Positions 1-13,665 of a stretch of DNA of 46,046 nucleotides are shown one piece after another (within the stretch, counting starts at the first letter, position 1; the number at the start of each line of letters is the position of its first letter). The notes beneath the pieces were generated by a model, which made no database searches, was not told the DNA's origin, and worked only from the letters and a program-made list of their open reading frames with translations. The DNA comes from Nemertoderma westbladi (Eukaryota > Animalia > Xenacoelomorpha). A program made the translations under genes and the position numbers. The stretch spans positions 1 through 46,046 of the forward strand of contig JAUCBJ010007893.1 in NCBI GenBank assembly GCA_032718475.1, read 5' to 3'.

Positions 1-394
1 TATCTCACATACGACATACATGACTACTTTTTTAATCGTCTCATTACACATTACTGCTCCCATGCAGCATGCAGCCATGTAACTAACTAACTACCATGAG
101 AAAGAATAAAGCCCCTGTCAGCCTGTAACAAATTAAACATGAATTAACAAAACCTGCTATTACTGTCAGACTGTATTATGGTATTGGCTTTGGCTATTCC
201 TATTATTGCTGTATCTGTATTCACTATTCTATTAGCAGATTAGGCCCTACTCTGCTACTCCCCTACCCCACTCTTGCTGGCCTTGTCTGTTTCATTATAC
301 AAGTTATACCGAAAGCAGTCAGGCGTCAGGCAGAACAGTAGGTACAGAAAGAGAGAGGACTGTTGCGCTGTCAGTCAGAGAGGTAAGAGCCCAT

Positions 395-1302
395 CCAGGT
401 TGGAATTCATGCATGAGCGCACAGGTACGCTTTGTTGTTTTGAAATCACCGCGCACCTGAAATTGGCTCGTCGCGCACCTCATCATATGTCATAATCCAA
501 ACAAAATCGCGCAGCTCATGTCATGCATATCTCAAAAAATCGCACAGTTCATAAGAACAATTTTACATTCCTATTTTACAAGTTTGAGCGTTTTAAGCTT
601 ATCTTTACGTCTGTCTGTCTGTACGTTGAATCTAGGCTTACATAATAAATGTAATTTTTGCAACATCAAAATTGTTAATATTAAAAAATATTTTTTTAAT
701 CCACTACTATCACTATGGTGGCCCATCGGGCTCACTGCTTTTATAACAGAAAATATTATTTTAGATTACAAATAAAACATGTACCGGTAATTTCAAAAAA
801 ACGAATATTGAAATAGGTACCAGTCTGCCAATAATACTTTGTATAGGCCTACCTAACAATTAGGCTTAAACATACAGTTGGCTTATAATTAAGTCATACT
901 TATAATACATTATTACTTTCTGACTTTACCTGTTTACTAACGTAACATCGGCATAGCATAGACCTAATAACAATACAACAATAGAGTACTGTAGTTAAAA
1001 TAAATAGACAAATTCAGCTCCGGTTGCCGGTATTACAGTATTATGGTGAAGTGATTTGACTGTTTGAAGAATTGTAAATGAGAAACTAATGCGAGCGCAG
1101 CGAGCGAAATTTTTTTGTGTATTTTCGTGATTTCAATTAATTTGTGGTGCGCATCAGAGGCAGAGCTGCGCGCTGAGACGCAATGCGCACCTGTCTCACA
1201 CCCGAACGCGCACCTGTCTCACCCAAACGCGCAACGCGCATCTGGTTTGCGGTCATTCGCGCAGGTACGCGTCCGAGTTTTGCAGCATGAATTCCAACCT
1301 GG
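395..1302. mobile_element. Non-autonomous hAT-type DNA transposon (MITE)
   Basis: 18-bp perfect TIR CCAGGTTGGAATTCATGC (395-412) / GCATGAATTCCAACCTGG (1285-1302); 8-bp TSD GAGCCCAT at 387-394 and 1303-1310; empty site visible in the paralogous sequence near 41560-41580; no transposase ORF. Confidence 0.9.
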
Positions 1303-1538
1303 GAGCCCATGGGGTAAGGATTTACCTCTGGCAGTCTGGGACCTGTATTAGGCAAAATGCAGTAGCTGCTGAGCTGTGTAAGCCAGTAGGCCCACCAGTA
1401 CTGTCACTGTGCACGGTACAAGACCCGAAATTTAGCCTACATCTGTAAATAATACACGGTTTCGCGGTGCAAGACCATATAAATTAGACCACCATCTGTA
1501 AAATGCTCGCCTGAGTTCAGGAGTTACACAGATGACAG

Positions 1539-1604
1539 ATAAAAAAGTAAAGTAAATTTTCTTCGGCCGCTTGGCCAGGGATTACGCTGTTACGCACAAA
1601 GTCT
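1539..1604 (-). mobile_element. 3' tail of a split tRNA-derived SINE
   Basis: (TTTAC)n/T-rich tail on the minus strand (aaaaaagtaaagtaaa on +); joins 8398-8428 across the AAAGTCT TSD and then 16863-17051; outer TSD ACAGATGACAG (1528-1538) / ACATATGTCAG (17052-17062). Confidence 0.7.
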
Positions 1605-3610
1605 GGGGTACATCTTTTGCGTAGAGGTATAGCCTACATAGAGGCTTCATGTAGGTATGTGTAGCCTACATGTAGATGCACGTGTAGGGTGAATGTAGGT
1701 AGGTGTAGTCCCATAGATATTAATGTAATTTATGTGTCAACTTGCAGTAACGTGATACACGGTCGTCAATCAGGATGTATGGCAATAATCTCTGATCTCC
1801 ACGGTACAATACGGTACATCAACCTGCAGACCTGTCTGCTGTCAGACAACAGGTTTTACTGCATACTGCAGTACTGTATAAATATCAAACATCGCGTTCT
1901 GATTATACTAAAGTCCCTTACTCGTCATAAATATTATGCCCTAATAAATTTGAGTATGCTAACGCCACGAAAGGCATCGTTCCATTAGATTAACTCGTTC
2001 TGATTTATATGTTTATTAAGTAAGAGTAACCTAAACAAGAACAGCCATCATCGCGGGGACTATAGTCTACCAGAAACCCTGACCCCCCTCTGCCCCTCTT
2101 TATCTGTTTATCAACCATACATCCATGGGACTTGAACAGTCTGACAGTACTTCAGCATTGAAACCCAGCAAAGTCACATCCTTCGAAATTGCTACTAATA
2201 TGCTGCTAATTTGATCGAAATAAATTTTCTTCGAAATTATCAGCATTTTCGCCGTCTAAATTGTCTGATAATTCAGTCTACAATTCGTAGGATAAATTAT
2301 CCTTCTAAACGAAGGATAAATTCGAAGACTATTCGAAGATTCTGAAGATTTAGCTAGTTTTTAGCCGGCAAATAGAAGGATAAATATGCCTACTATTCGC
2401 CGGATAAATTATCCTTCTAAACGAAGGATAAATTTGTAGACTTTTCGAAGGGTGGATGAATTGATAATTTTTATCCTTCGTTTAGAAGGATAATTTATGC
2501 TGCTATTCGCCGGATAAATTATCCTTCTAAATGAAGGCTAAATTTGTAGACTTTTCGAAGGGTGGATGAACAGATTAATTTATAGTTTTTATCCTGCGTT
2601 TAGAATGATAATTTATGCTACTATTCGAAGGATAAATTACCTTATATTCGAAGGATAAATTACCTTCTAAACGAAGGATAAATTTGTAGACTTTTCAAAG
2701 GTTGGATCATTTAGCTTAGTTTTGTTTAGTTATGCATAGTTACAGTATGTTATGTTTTATCCGGCAAATACTGAGAGTAAAATAATAATTATATACTGTA
2801 GTTATGCCTACTAATAATCCGAATATTTTTTTATCTGGGGACCATATTTAGCAGTAAATTAGTACAAAGTTATCAGTTCTTTAGAATTGTCGATTATATA
2901 ATAATATATCATCTGAAGCAAAGAAAATTGATCTATATTATGTCCAGTGCCATTTATATTGTTTTATGAAATAAATCCATTAATTACTGTGTGATGCTGT
3001 GTCTGTCCTTAAAGGTGCGGTAATCCATGTATCCAGAGTCTGCAGGTCTGAGTGTATGGCAGAGCTAGAGGTAAAGGCGATGTCCAGTCCATACTGCCCT
3101 ACAGTATGTCACTGTCAGAATGTCAGACACCTGTAAAAACGAGACTACAGTATCTGACTACAGTATGTCTTTCAGGCAGTCAGGGAAATCCTGGGGACAA
3201 ACAAAGCACATATTTTTTCAGTATTAATACCTAATACGTGTACTATATCCGAAACTGAAAGTTTTAAAAAATGTACCTTTTATACTACAGTATAACGATA
3301 CAGAAACTATTTACTCTACTGCTCTATACTGTATAAAATTTATTCTTAATTAATAATTATTTTTAATCTTTTTTTTAATATACAAATTTTAATACAGTAT
3401 TTAACATTTTAATATTCAGATATTTTCTTGCTATCATGCACCCCGGTCAGCCTGTACAATCAGCGCGTCGCACATCAGCACATGTACACATGTAACTAAC
3501 AGTACAACATATCGTAGGGCAGTTGGAAGTTCCGTACCTGCTGACCCGTACTGTATTTTTTCGTTGGAATACATATACTGCAGCCACTGTCAGATCTCAG
3601 ACTTAACACT

Positions 3611-3661
3611 GGACCCACGACCTCCAAGAGATGTGAATTCAATGCAACCACTACACCAAGG
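3611..3661 (-). mobile_element. Fragment of the tRNA-derived SINE head
   Basis: acccacgacct..agatgtgaattcaatgcaaccactacaccaag is nearly identical to 16988-17036. Confidence 0.75.
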
Positions 3662-4144
3662 TCTCTTTGATTAAGAAAATGAATTAAATAATTATTGAAT
3701 GCTTTTAAATTTAATGTTGTAATTTAGTGTCGTAATTCAAAAACATGATACCACCCCACCCCACCTTCCCTAACTTTTATACAAATTTTAATGAATAGCA
3801 TGATATGAAACAGAGTTACAGTAGTTTCACCTCCCTCATCCGTAGTAACTGAGACAGAATTTGTATTTTTGCTTTTTATTCTTTAGCAACAAGCGTTTGA
3901 AAAAAGTGTCACCGGCGGCGATATCATCACCAGTCCCATCTCAGTTATTCAACCTTATATTAATTTGTTGGTTCTGATGGAAAGCTGACCATGCAACGAT
4001 TCCAAATATGAAAAAATGGAAATTTAGAAAATACAGTTGCTGAGATATGGGCTTTCGAATGTTGAATGTTTTTTCACGGCGCAAGGCTATTTTTATATTT
4101 AATAAATAAACCATGTTCTAGAACATGATGTAAAAACGTAACTA

Positions 4145-4691
4145 GGGGGTGTTCGATAAAGTATGTCACGCACTAGGGGGGGGGGGGGGGGGGGGGGGTC
4201 GAGCTTGCGTGACATTTTGTGACAGGGGGGGGGGGGGGGGGGGTGTCGACTTTTGTGACGGTTACGGCGATGTTCTAGGCTTTAATGTTAGCTTGACTTT
4301 GACTTAAAACATATTATGTGTAGATGAGTGGGTAACTTTAAGGACAACAATACACTCAATAATATTGAGTATAATCGATAAATTGAGGAGGACATAGAAA
4401 CCTATAGATGGCCACTTGCCTTGTCAGTGGGGAAGGGAAATGTAGATAGTGCTTGAATTTATATTGTATTTTGGTATAACAAACATTGTGTATTATTGAT
4501 ATAAAATATTTCTTGTTTGGGGGACGGGGTATTGTTTGGGGGCATTACAAATTTACCAATGAGACAGAGGGGGGAGAGGTGGGGCTCGAGCTTGCGTGAC
4601 ATTTTGAAACAGAGCGGGGTGGGGGGGGGGGGGGGGGGGGGTGGTCAAAAATCGGGAAAATTTGCGTGACATACTTTATGAACGCCCGCCC
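4145..4691. mobile_element. MITE with GGG termini and poly-G subterminal tracts
   Basis: TIR GGGGGTGTTCGATAAAGTATGTCACGCA vs TGCGTGACATACTTTATGAACGCCCGCCC; TA on both flanks; internal repeat TCGAGCTTGCGTGACATTTTG at ~4199 and ~4587. Confidence 0.75.
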
Positions 4692-5524
4692 TAGAACGTA
4701 ACTGAGGGTTCAGATTCACTTTTCAGAAGAAAGACTTATTACTACTGTGAACAATTCGTATCTGGGAATTTAAATTCGTACTGTAACTAGGAACTGAAAT
4801 TTGAAACCGGAATTTCAGATTTGTAAATCTGATGAGCATTCGCAGCATATGGTCATTTCCTTACCAGCCGAGCCGCTTGGTCCATTACTATGTAAAATAT
4901 TATCAATTCTTTATATATGGCTGATAATTGTCTTCGAAAACGAAGATAAATTATCAGGCAAATAATGCATATTTTCGTCATCAGAGAAGCATAATTATTA
5001 ATTAAATGCATCTAAATTTAATTAATTTTCATAGATCCATCAACACGAATAATCTAATATGACTGACAATATGGGAAATTATTTAAATTTCAACTAACAA
5101 ATTCAAATTTTTCGATTATCACCTAAAGTTTCCATAGATACCCTCAAATATATATTGATTATATATTTCTCTATATACTCAGCCGCTTCCATTAATAAGT
5201 ATATACCGTATTGTAGGATAGGTAAGTAAAGTAGGGTGTAGGGTAGGATACGGTAGGCTACTACAGTAGGTATAGGCTAATCCCTCTTCACCAAAGCATC
5301 CACAGGCAGGTCCAGTGATTGGACTTGTTTCAGTTACATTTTTTTTTCTTCGAAAAATAGTATTTTTTATGCTTCGAAAATGCTTCTAATAATGTATGAA
5401 ATTATCCTTCGAAAATGCTTCGTAAACTTCTAATTGAAGGCTAATAGTCTACTAAACGAAGCATTTTTATCTTCGAAATCATCCTTCGAAAAATGCTAAA
5501 TAAACTTCTAATCGCAGGCGAATA

Positions 5525-7045
5525 CAGTCCCAATCCCAATAAACATTAACTTGGTCATTTTGGCGGCCAAAATTACCAAAATGGCCAAGTAAAAACTGCG
5601 GTATTCATGAAAGGAACTGCTGAGGCACGTTGGCTTGTCAATCACAGCCAGTGAATACAGGCTGAGTGTAAGTAAAGCCCAGCATGTTGGCGCTGAGGTA
5701 GAGTTCTGAGGTAGAGTTCTCTCTACCTTTAGGTAGAGAGAAAGGCTCCAGTGTAGTAATGGCTGGGCTCGCCACTGTAGTAAACATGCCTGTAAGAGTG
5801 CAGTGTGAGGCGCCCGCCCTAACTTATTATTTTCTACATATTTTTTACTAATCTAATAATTAACACACCTTTACCTGTCACTTAGGTTATAAGCAGTGTG
5901 CTAGCACTTGCAGCGTAATAATTAATTATTTACTTTAATTCTATTCAATTGGTAATAAAAATAACAAGTTCATATATTTAATTTGTAAAAATTCTTTAAA
6001 ATATGAGAAAAGTACTTTACATAGATTTTTCTTTATTTAGCTGTTTAGTACGCTATATTATAAATGCTCTCATAAATACAGTTAGGGACTGGACGCAATA
6101 AAAATTCATCACTCTCCAGGGGAGATTTGACGTAAATAACAGATGATTACTCTCAAAAATAAAACTGTAATGTTCATTTATGTTTAATTTATTGTTTTGG
6201 TTAAAATAACGTGCCACTATAACCTGCTCCTTTCCCTAAATTGAGAATTTAACATTGAGGCGGGATATTAATTCGCCAAGGCGAGTTTTGCGTCCAGTCC
6301 CCCCCCCCCCCCCCCCCCTGTCTCGATAAATAATAATTACATCATCATAAATTCACCCAAATATGCCGACTCTGTTGACTGTTAGCACAGAGCCAGAGCC
6401 TGATATTATAATGTTTTCAGTTACTATCGCCCTCGAATTCAGACCCAGCTACTAGAAATAGGCCGCGCCGTCTAATCTGAATTTCATCAGTATACCGAAC
6501 TCGTTCGAGACTGAGTGTCGCTATTTAATAGCTACCTCTCGCCCTGTCACAGACCCAGCTTCTAACTATAAAACTATAATTAGGACGCCTTCATACAGAA
6601 CACGTTGCCATTTCATAATGACTCTAAACTGAAGCTACACAAAGGAAAAGGTGAGAAATGATTATCTAATAATAACACACAAAATCCGATTATTATACAT
6701 ACTCCTCCTTTTAACAAAGCCGCATTCAACTAACTCCCTTATTACGTATTAGCCTGTGCTGTATCAATGCCTCAGTGGGTGGTCTTTACTACAACTGAAA
6801 GGCCCGACTCAGCTCCAGGTAAGTTAACAATCTGTCAATAATAAAAATGAAAGCGAGCCGACATTTAGTCAGAGCAACCAAATGGATGTCCAAGGAGACG
6901 GGCTGTCTGGACTTGACTGAGTCGAGTTAAATCGCTTCGCCAAAACGACCAAGTAGCCCATAGGAATACACTACATTTTTTTTGGCGATTTTGGTCATTT
7001 TGGCCGCCAAAACGACCAAGTTAATGTTTATTGGGATTGGGACTG
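5525..7045. mobile_element. Tc1/mariner (pogo/Tigger-like) non-autonomous element
   Basis: TIR of about 55 bp starting CAGTCCCAATCCCAATAAACATTAACTTGGTC; TA TSD at 5523-5524 and 7046-7047; excising it restores the host CACTA subterminal repeat (AATAGTCTACTAAACG). Confidence 0.9.
6085..6301. repeat. Small inverted-repeat element (possible MITE)
   Basis: GGGACTGGACGCAA (6085-6098) / TTGCGTCCAGTCCC (6288-6301); right end runs into poly-C so no TSD can be read. Confidence 0.5.
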
Positions 7046-8094
7046 TAGTCTACTAAACGAAGCATTTTTGTCTTCGAATTATCCTTCGAATATGCTTCGT
7101 AAACTACTAATCGAAGGCTAATAGTCTACTAAACGATGGATATTTCTCTTCGAAATCCACCCTTCGAAACCTTTAAGAACATTGGAACCAAAAAGCCGGC
7201 TTTTATCCGGCTAAATTAGCAGGGTATTAGCCGGCGAAATTAGTAGCAATTTATCAGCGACTTATCATGCTATGACTTTGCTGGGAATGTTTTGGACGTT
7301 TTGTTTTGAAAGTAAAAATATAGAAGTCTGGAAGTTTTGTTTGTTTTAATTTTTCAGGCAGTCACATTCCACCAACCAGCAACAGTCCCATCCCTTCCCA
7401 CTATCCCGCGGACCACCACACTGTTTCATTATAAAGTATTCCCATCTCGATGATGGGAATTAATCAGTAATCCGATGGGATTCAAATCCCATCTCGAAGT
7501 AACAGCAAAACAATAACACGAAAGTCAATAGCTTTACAGTTATATTTGATTGCATTGAAAGTTAATAGAAAGAAGAAGTTAAATTGCATATCCATTAAAA
7601 TATCATGAAATTGATACGGCAGTTTAGTAGATTAAAACGGCCACAGCAAGATTTATAAAATGAAAAATAAGTAAAATCAGCACAGCACACAATATTATCA
7701 ATATAGACATTGAAGACAATTTAATAAACAAATACTATAAAAAAATATCTACTAACAATCAATACATGATATATATAATATATATACATCAGCGACTACC
7801 ATCGCCACTCTGGTTCAATCAGTCAGTCCGGTATCATTGTTAGCGTTTTGTTGAATTACCCACTCATCCTCAGACCCTCATGGACACCGACGACGAGCTC
7901 TAACCCTAACCGTTAGTCGATTCCTCCTTGACTGGAAACATCAGGTTCGGGCCGTTCGGCCCATACAAAGTCATTAGCCTCCATGCCTGAACCCGCAGGA
8001 TCATAAGATCTACAGTATGTATCGGTATATCGTTCAGTCGTTTTTTCCTTTGTCAGTACTGTAGAATTGATAGGCTCCGTCTCGTGGGTATTCA

Positions 8095-8245
8095 GGGGAC
8101 CCCCATTCGACGTATTCGCATCTCCTCCTGGTTGTTTCGGGTACCACCGCCCGCCATATGCGCATCTCTTCGTGGTTGTTCCGGGTACCACCCCCGTTCG
8201 CCGCATTCGCATCTCATCGAGGAAGTTCGGGTCCGGGTACCCCGT
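8095..8245. repeat. Degenerate ~45-55 bp tandem repeat (3 copies), subterminal in the 1605-8390 element
   Basis: Recurring CGCATCTC...CGGGTACC motifs. Confidence 0.6.
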
Positions 8246-8876
8246 GTAGGCCTATTCATTCATCATTGTTGTTTTTAAAGACCTACCTACACCTACCTAC
8301 ATTCACCCTACACGTGCATCTACATGTAGGCTACACATACCTACATGTAGCCTCTATGTAGGCTATACCTCTACGCAAAAGTTATACCCCAAAGTCTGAC
8401 GACTTATTTCCAGTGCGGTCCCCCCAGAACTTTAAGATAAGAAGATAAGATATATTTTTACTACTTGAAGAAATCATAACCATATTGACATGCATCATAA
8501 TATAATTATATAAAACTTAAACAAGCGATAGTATGAATTCATCATGCAGATGGAGGCCGGACGGGTTGAACCCATTATTTCGGACACCATATTAATACTA
8601 CAAAAGTTACTGTACTACACTATGTAATCGTAATCATGAAAATTATTTAGTATTTTAAATTTCAATATTTACTATTTATATATTATTATGCTAAAGTTTG
8701 GTACCATTTAAAGGCTATTTGAAATTACGCAGACAGACATAGACAATCAAATAACATATTGCCTCATACAAACATCCCCCCCCCCCCTCTCTCACTTCTT
8801 AAGTTCCTTTAACTCTAAACTAACTAGTTTAATTATTAATGCAGACAAATTATGAAAAATAAATGAAAATTACTTC

Positions 8877-10596
8877 TTATGTATCTAACAATAAACCAAT
8901 CATGTGGTTACGTATTCTTGTTTTGAAAATAGGTAGTGATTGAGCTTGTCGCACTTCAGTGGGGAGAGTGTTCCAAATTTTTGGAGATTGATGGTAAATT
9001 GAACTTTGGCGTATTTTTAATCTGCTCCTGGGTATGTAACAGTTATCAAGTAGATGGGCATTGCGAGTAGAATGAGAGTGAATTGAAGTTAACGGTGTCA
9101 AAAGGTTGGGGAGAATATTACTAGGGAGAATTTGTTTGATATATTTAAAGCATATCGTGCTAATTTGTATTGTATAAATCGACTTTAGTAGCATAGGTTT
9201 AAAAATAGGATCACGTTTGTTAATGTATGCAATTATACGCTGTTGTTGTTTACTGAGTGAGAAAATTGCAGCAGAGGCAGAGTGTAATTTAACTCCGCGT
9301 AGTCGTTTTTACGCCATTTGGTATGGGATCGCCCATTATTGTTAGGTTGAAGAAGGTCTGTGCTTGTGTTCCAGATACTATTACCCCATACTGATGTGCA
9401 ATAGGACAAATAAGGATGAATTAGTGAGTAGTAAAGATTGGTTAGCATTTTTGGTGTTGCAAACCATTTTATTTTGTTTATAATCCCGCAGTTTCTACTT
9501 ATTTTACGCTTCAACATATTCAGGTGATTTTTCCAGGAAAGTGTTTCGTCGAGTAATACACCAAGAAATTTAACTTCTTCTTTTTTATCAATTGATTTCC
9601 CGTCAATATTAATAGTATTGTTATTAACGTTAATTGGTTTAGTAGATGCTCTGAAGATAATGTAATTTGTTTTATCTGTATTAAGGGATAGGCGGTTCAA
9701 GTGGAACCACCTGGAAATTTTGGATAATTCAGAATTAGCCATTTTGAAAAGGTTATCGATATCAGAATGTGAGACTATGAGATTTGTGTCATCAGCGAAT
9801 ATAATGTACTTTAAAATGATAGATACATTGACTATATCATTCACATATAGTAGGAATAGAAGAGGCCCAAGGATACTGCCCTGGGGCACACCTATAGTAA
9901 TAGTACGCAGTCCAGATTTGGTCCTATTAATTTCTACATATTGTTGACGTCCAGTGAGATAGTTATTCAGCCAATTCAGTGGGGTGTCAGTGATACCATA
10001 GAATTTAAGTTTGTCGATTAGTATGTTATGTGGAACTGTATCAAATGCCTTAGATAGGTCAATTGATATGGCTAAACTAAATTCCTTATCATCTAAAGCC
10101 TTAGTTACGATATCCAGTAGATTCAGCAGGGCCAGTTCAGTTGACCTGCCATAGTGCCATGACGAAATCCATATTGGTTAACTGTAAGTATTGCCTGTTT
10201 GGTTATGTATTGTAGAATTTGATTAAAAACGACCTTTTCAAACATTTTTGAAAAGAATGGTAGAACTGAAATAGGACGATAGTTTTTTGTCCAAGTAGGG
10301 TCTCCTGACTTAAAAATAGGTATTATACGACCAATTTTTATAGCATCTGGAACACAACCAGTATTTAGGGAGTTATTTATAATACTTGCTAAAGGCCTAG
10401 CTACGCTATGTATAACTGGAATAATTATTTTTCCAGCCAGTCCATCATGACCACAGCTAGCCTTTTTGTTTAGTGTCCGAGTGACATCAATAAGTTGATT
10501 GACAGTTATTTTAGTAAATGTGGAAAAGCGCTCTGGAAATTTAGGTGGAGTCAAGTAGTCCAGAGGAGAACCATCTGCATGAGGGATATTCGCATC
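8877..10596 (-). pseudogene. LINE ORF2 reverse transcriptase and C-terminal region (frameshifted)
   Basis: ORFs 10123-10596, 9233-9889 and 8877-9194 carry the RT core and C-terminal HSTR...WNTLP...FK motifs. Confidence 0.9.
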
Positions 10597-13500
10597 CAGG
10601 TGGAGAGCGCAAATGGAGCATTTGCGCCGTGCGAGCGCATGGCCGACGGCGTTGGCCATGTGGTATTGTTCTAGAATATTACAGTATTATTAATCCCATG
10701 TAAAGTTAAAAGTTAAAGCCCATATTGCTGATGGAAAATAACAAATGCCTACCTTGATTTTGTTAAGGTCAGTTTTGTTTATACTTGAAGGCTTACATAT
10801 ATAAGTATACATGGGCATAATATTCCAAATACTTTTGTTGCGCCTGTCGATTCGTATGAATCGACAGGCGCATAGACCCCCCCAATTTATATTACTTGCG
10901 CATGTACATTAGTAGGCCTACAGAAGTACTTGGGTATTCCTGTATTCACAATATTCAACTACCATATATGAAGATAGGGTACGTTTTGACTAAAATTCTG
11001 CATCTGATGTAACGTTTTGACTAGGCCTATCTGCCAAAAGAACCTCCACTATATCTGCCCTACATGTAGGCCTACCATATTATTAAATTATTATTTATAC
11101 TTCAAAAATTTGTGGCACGAAACACATCACACGAAATGGAATTACAATAAAAGCAGGCCATTTAAAACCATCTTCAATCAATTAATTCAGCAACTTGGAA
11201 ACCTCATAAAAAAAATTATTCAAATTTGTTGAATTGACAAAGGTGGTTCTGGATTAACGAGACGAGGGTGGACCCAGAGCTATCGAGGGTGGTCCCTGAA
11301 TTAACGAGTGAGGACCCAGAGTTAATAGGGATATTCCCTGGATTAATAAAAAATAATTAATACCAAAACTAATAACAAAAAAACACCCAAAATATAATAC
11401 CAGCAAATACAGAAATATACTCATATTAACAAATAACACAAAAATAATTATTTAATAAAAAATTTAATATTGAACTTTTAAAGCTCTAAAATCATAAAGA
11501 AAACCCATGAAGGTGTATTCCAATTACAATTGTTCAACCCCAGTGATTTTAAAATACACCAGACATGTCAGAGAGCATTGTAAGTATTATTTCCTTTGTG
11601 CAACAATTAATTCTTCTTGATATATTATATGCAAAATTTTCATGCATATTCAAACAATCAAAAGCGTGAAACCGGTAGTCATACAGCAATTGGATGTCTT
11701 TAGTAGGATCGGAAACACTCTAGAGAACATTTAAAATAAACTTCATCATTCCAAAGTGAATACTTCTTGAGATATAGCCTTTCAAAAAATTAACCAATCA
11801 TAGACCACGTAGCAAAACCCGACAATCCAACAGCTATAAAACATCGTCAGTGAGTTAGGGCATACTCCAGAGAATATTCTTAGCTTTCAAACGTCATCCC
11901 AAAGTGAAGCAAACTCGAGTTATCGTCGTTCAAAGCATTAGCCAATCAGGCGCCGTATCTGATGACCACGGTATGGGGGTGACTTGGGACCTCAACGCGA
12001 GATTCAGAACACCATCCAAAACATATTCGCATAAAATCTTATCACTAATTGTCAAGGCCTAGGTATGTTTTCAGCGTTTGAATATTTGAGCCAATCAGGT
12101 GCCAGATACAGTGACCACGGTACGCGCATGACCTGAGACCCCAATGGAAGGTTCAGAGTACTGGCCAAAACATTTTCGCATCAAATTGTACCGTAAAATG
12201 TTACTGCATATCAGCAAAGTCACCTACCGGTATTTGATCAGCAAAAGATCAGGTCTGACTGTGTGATTTGGGTCTGATCATATTTTCCTTTGCATGCATA
12301 AGAAGCCCTTCAATGGTCACTATCCGCTACATTGATCTAATCCATATCGTCAGATAGCCCGTGTTGCTGTTATAAGATTTATTTTGATTTGGTGCGATTT
12401 GGGTAATTTTAGTTTTTTTGGGGTAAACTATGGTATTAATAACTTCCAGTAAAATCCCAACGTTAAGAACATTGCTAGAAACGTCAATCATCTATAGCCT
12501 ACAAACTAAGGGTAACTATCAGCCAGTTACTGTACATGGGCAGATGGGTATACTAAGTACAGGAGTACCCAGTACTTGGATATTCCTGTATTGACAATAC
12601 TCAACTATATGAAGATAGGGTACGTTTTGACTAAAATACGGCATCTGATGTAACGTTTTGACTAGGCCTATCTGCCAAAAGAACCTCCACTAAATATGCC
12701 ATACATGTAGGCCTACCATACCTGCACCGGTGCTCACTACAGACTGTGGAGATAGCTACCGGCAAGAGGTGCTTGGTATATAGTTTTAGTCAGTAATGGC
12801 ATACAGCAACTACTGACTTTATGATTTCATCAAGTTCATCAAACCAGGCTGACGACTCAGCTGTTTAATTAATTGCAGCCGGATTGGATAAATTATTAAT
12901 TAATTTGGGAAACTTTACTAATTACTAAAATCGTTAATTAGTTCGATTCAAAAGATTTTAGAATAATTATCATTTGTAAAATAGTAAACCGCTTTGATAC
13001 ACCTTGTGAATAAGGATTTGGGGAGCGGGGGGGCAAAGCCCCCCCGCCAATTAGGTAATTAAGTAATTAGTTAATTACTAATTAACGGTAGGAGATACGG
13101 CATCGGCGCCAGAGACTTTTTTGTGTAGAATAAAATTCCGAACAACTTTGTGATGTTACGTTTTTTCATAGCTCTTAGTGTTTTCGAGTTACGACGCTAA
13201 TTAGTTTTCGGCTAATTAGTACTAATTAACAGTAATAGGAGGGCCATAGCGATGACTGAACTTTTTTTAGATCTTACCGAGATGAACAAAAAAAAACACC
13301 GTTGCTAGGGGAAAAGCCAAATACTTTTCGAGAAAAATCAATTAGAAATCTTTAATCGCTAATTACTAATTAATTAATTAACAGATTTTTTCCACAAAAA
13401 CTCCTAGCTAGCGCGCTAGGGCCATCTACCAGATCGCGCAAACAGAATCGTTCTAGCTTTCGCCGTTCTCCTGGAAAAATCCTTTAAAAATCGACCTAAA

Positions 13501-13665
13501 AAAGATCAAAGGAGAGTGCCTACTTCTGACCACTGCTAGATAGTGGTTGTCGTATTAGGTTTTACTTTGGTGTTTATGTTGGTTCTCATGTTCCGTTAAA
13601 AAGGCTGCATTATTTATTCCTAATAAGACTCTGTCGAGCCTTTGGCTCTCCAGTGGCAGCCGAAC
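10597..13665. mobile_element. Unclassified non-coding 3.07 kb insertion with hairpin-rich ends
   Basis: CATC direct repeat at 10593-10596 and 13666-13669; removal restores LINE ORF2 in frame (VGSNLD|ANIPHADGSPLDYL); hairpins at 10607-10627, 10639-10659, 10839-10872 and ~13637-13649; internal ~150 bp duplication (10925-11080 vs 12571-12720). Confidence 0.8.

Larger units (their letters stand above)
2164..7285. mobile_element. Non-autonomous CACTA/EnSpm-like element (CCC termini, 2-bp TSD)
   Basis: TIR CCCAGCAAAGTCA (2164-2176) / TGACTTTGCTGGG (7273-7285); AA on both flanks; arrays of subterminal repeats (GGATAAATTATCCTTCTAAACGAAGG, CTTCGAA) at 2180-2720 and 5345-7170. Confidence 0.8.
1605..8390. 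mobile_element. Non-autonomous long-TIR DNA transposon (GGGG termini, 7-8 bp TSD; superfamily uncertain, Merlin/MuDR/P-like)
   Basis: About 104-bp TIRs (1605-1708 vs 8287-8390, few mismatches); TSD AAAGTCT at 1598-1604 and 8391-8397; contains nested elements. Confidence 0.85.

Noticed and set aside
7899-7911. Telomere-like CTAACCCTAACC (also at ~17546)
   Set aside because: Only two units, inside DNA transposons; not an interstitial telomere
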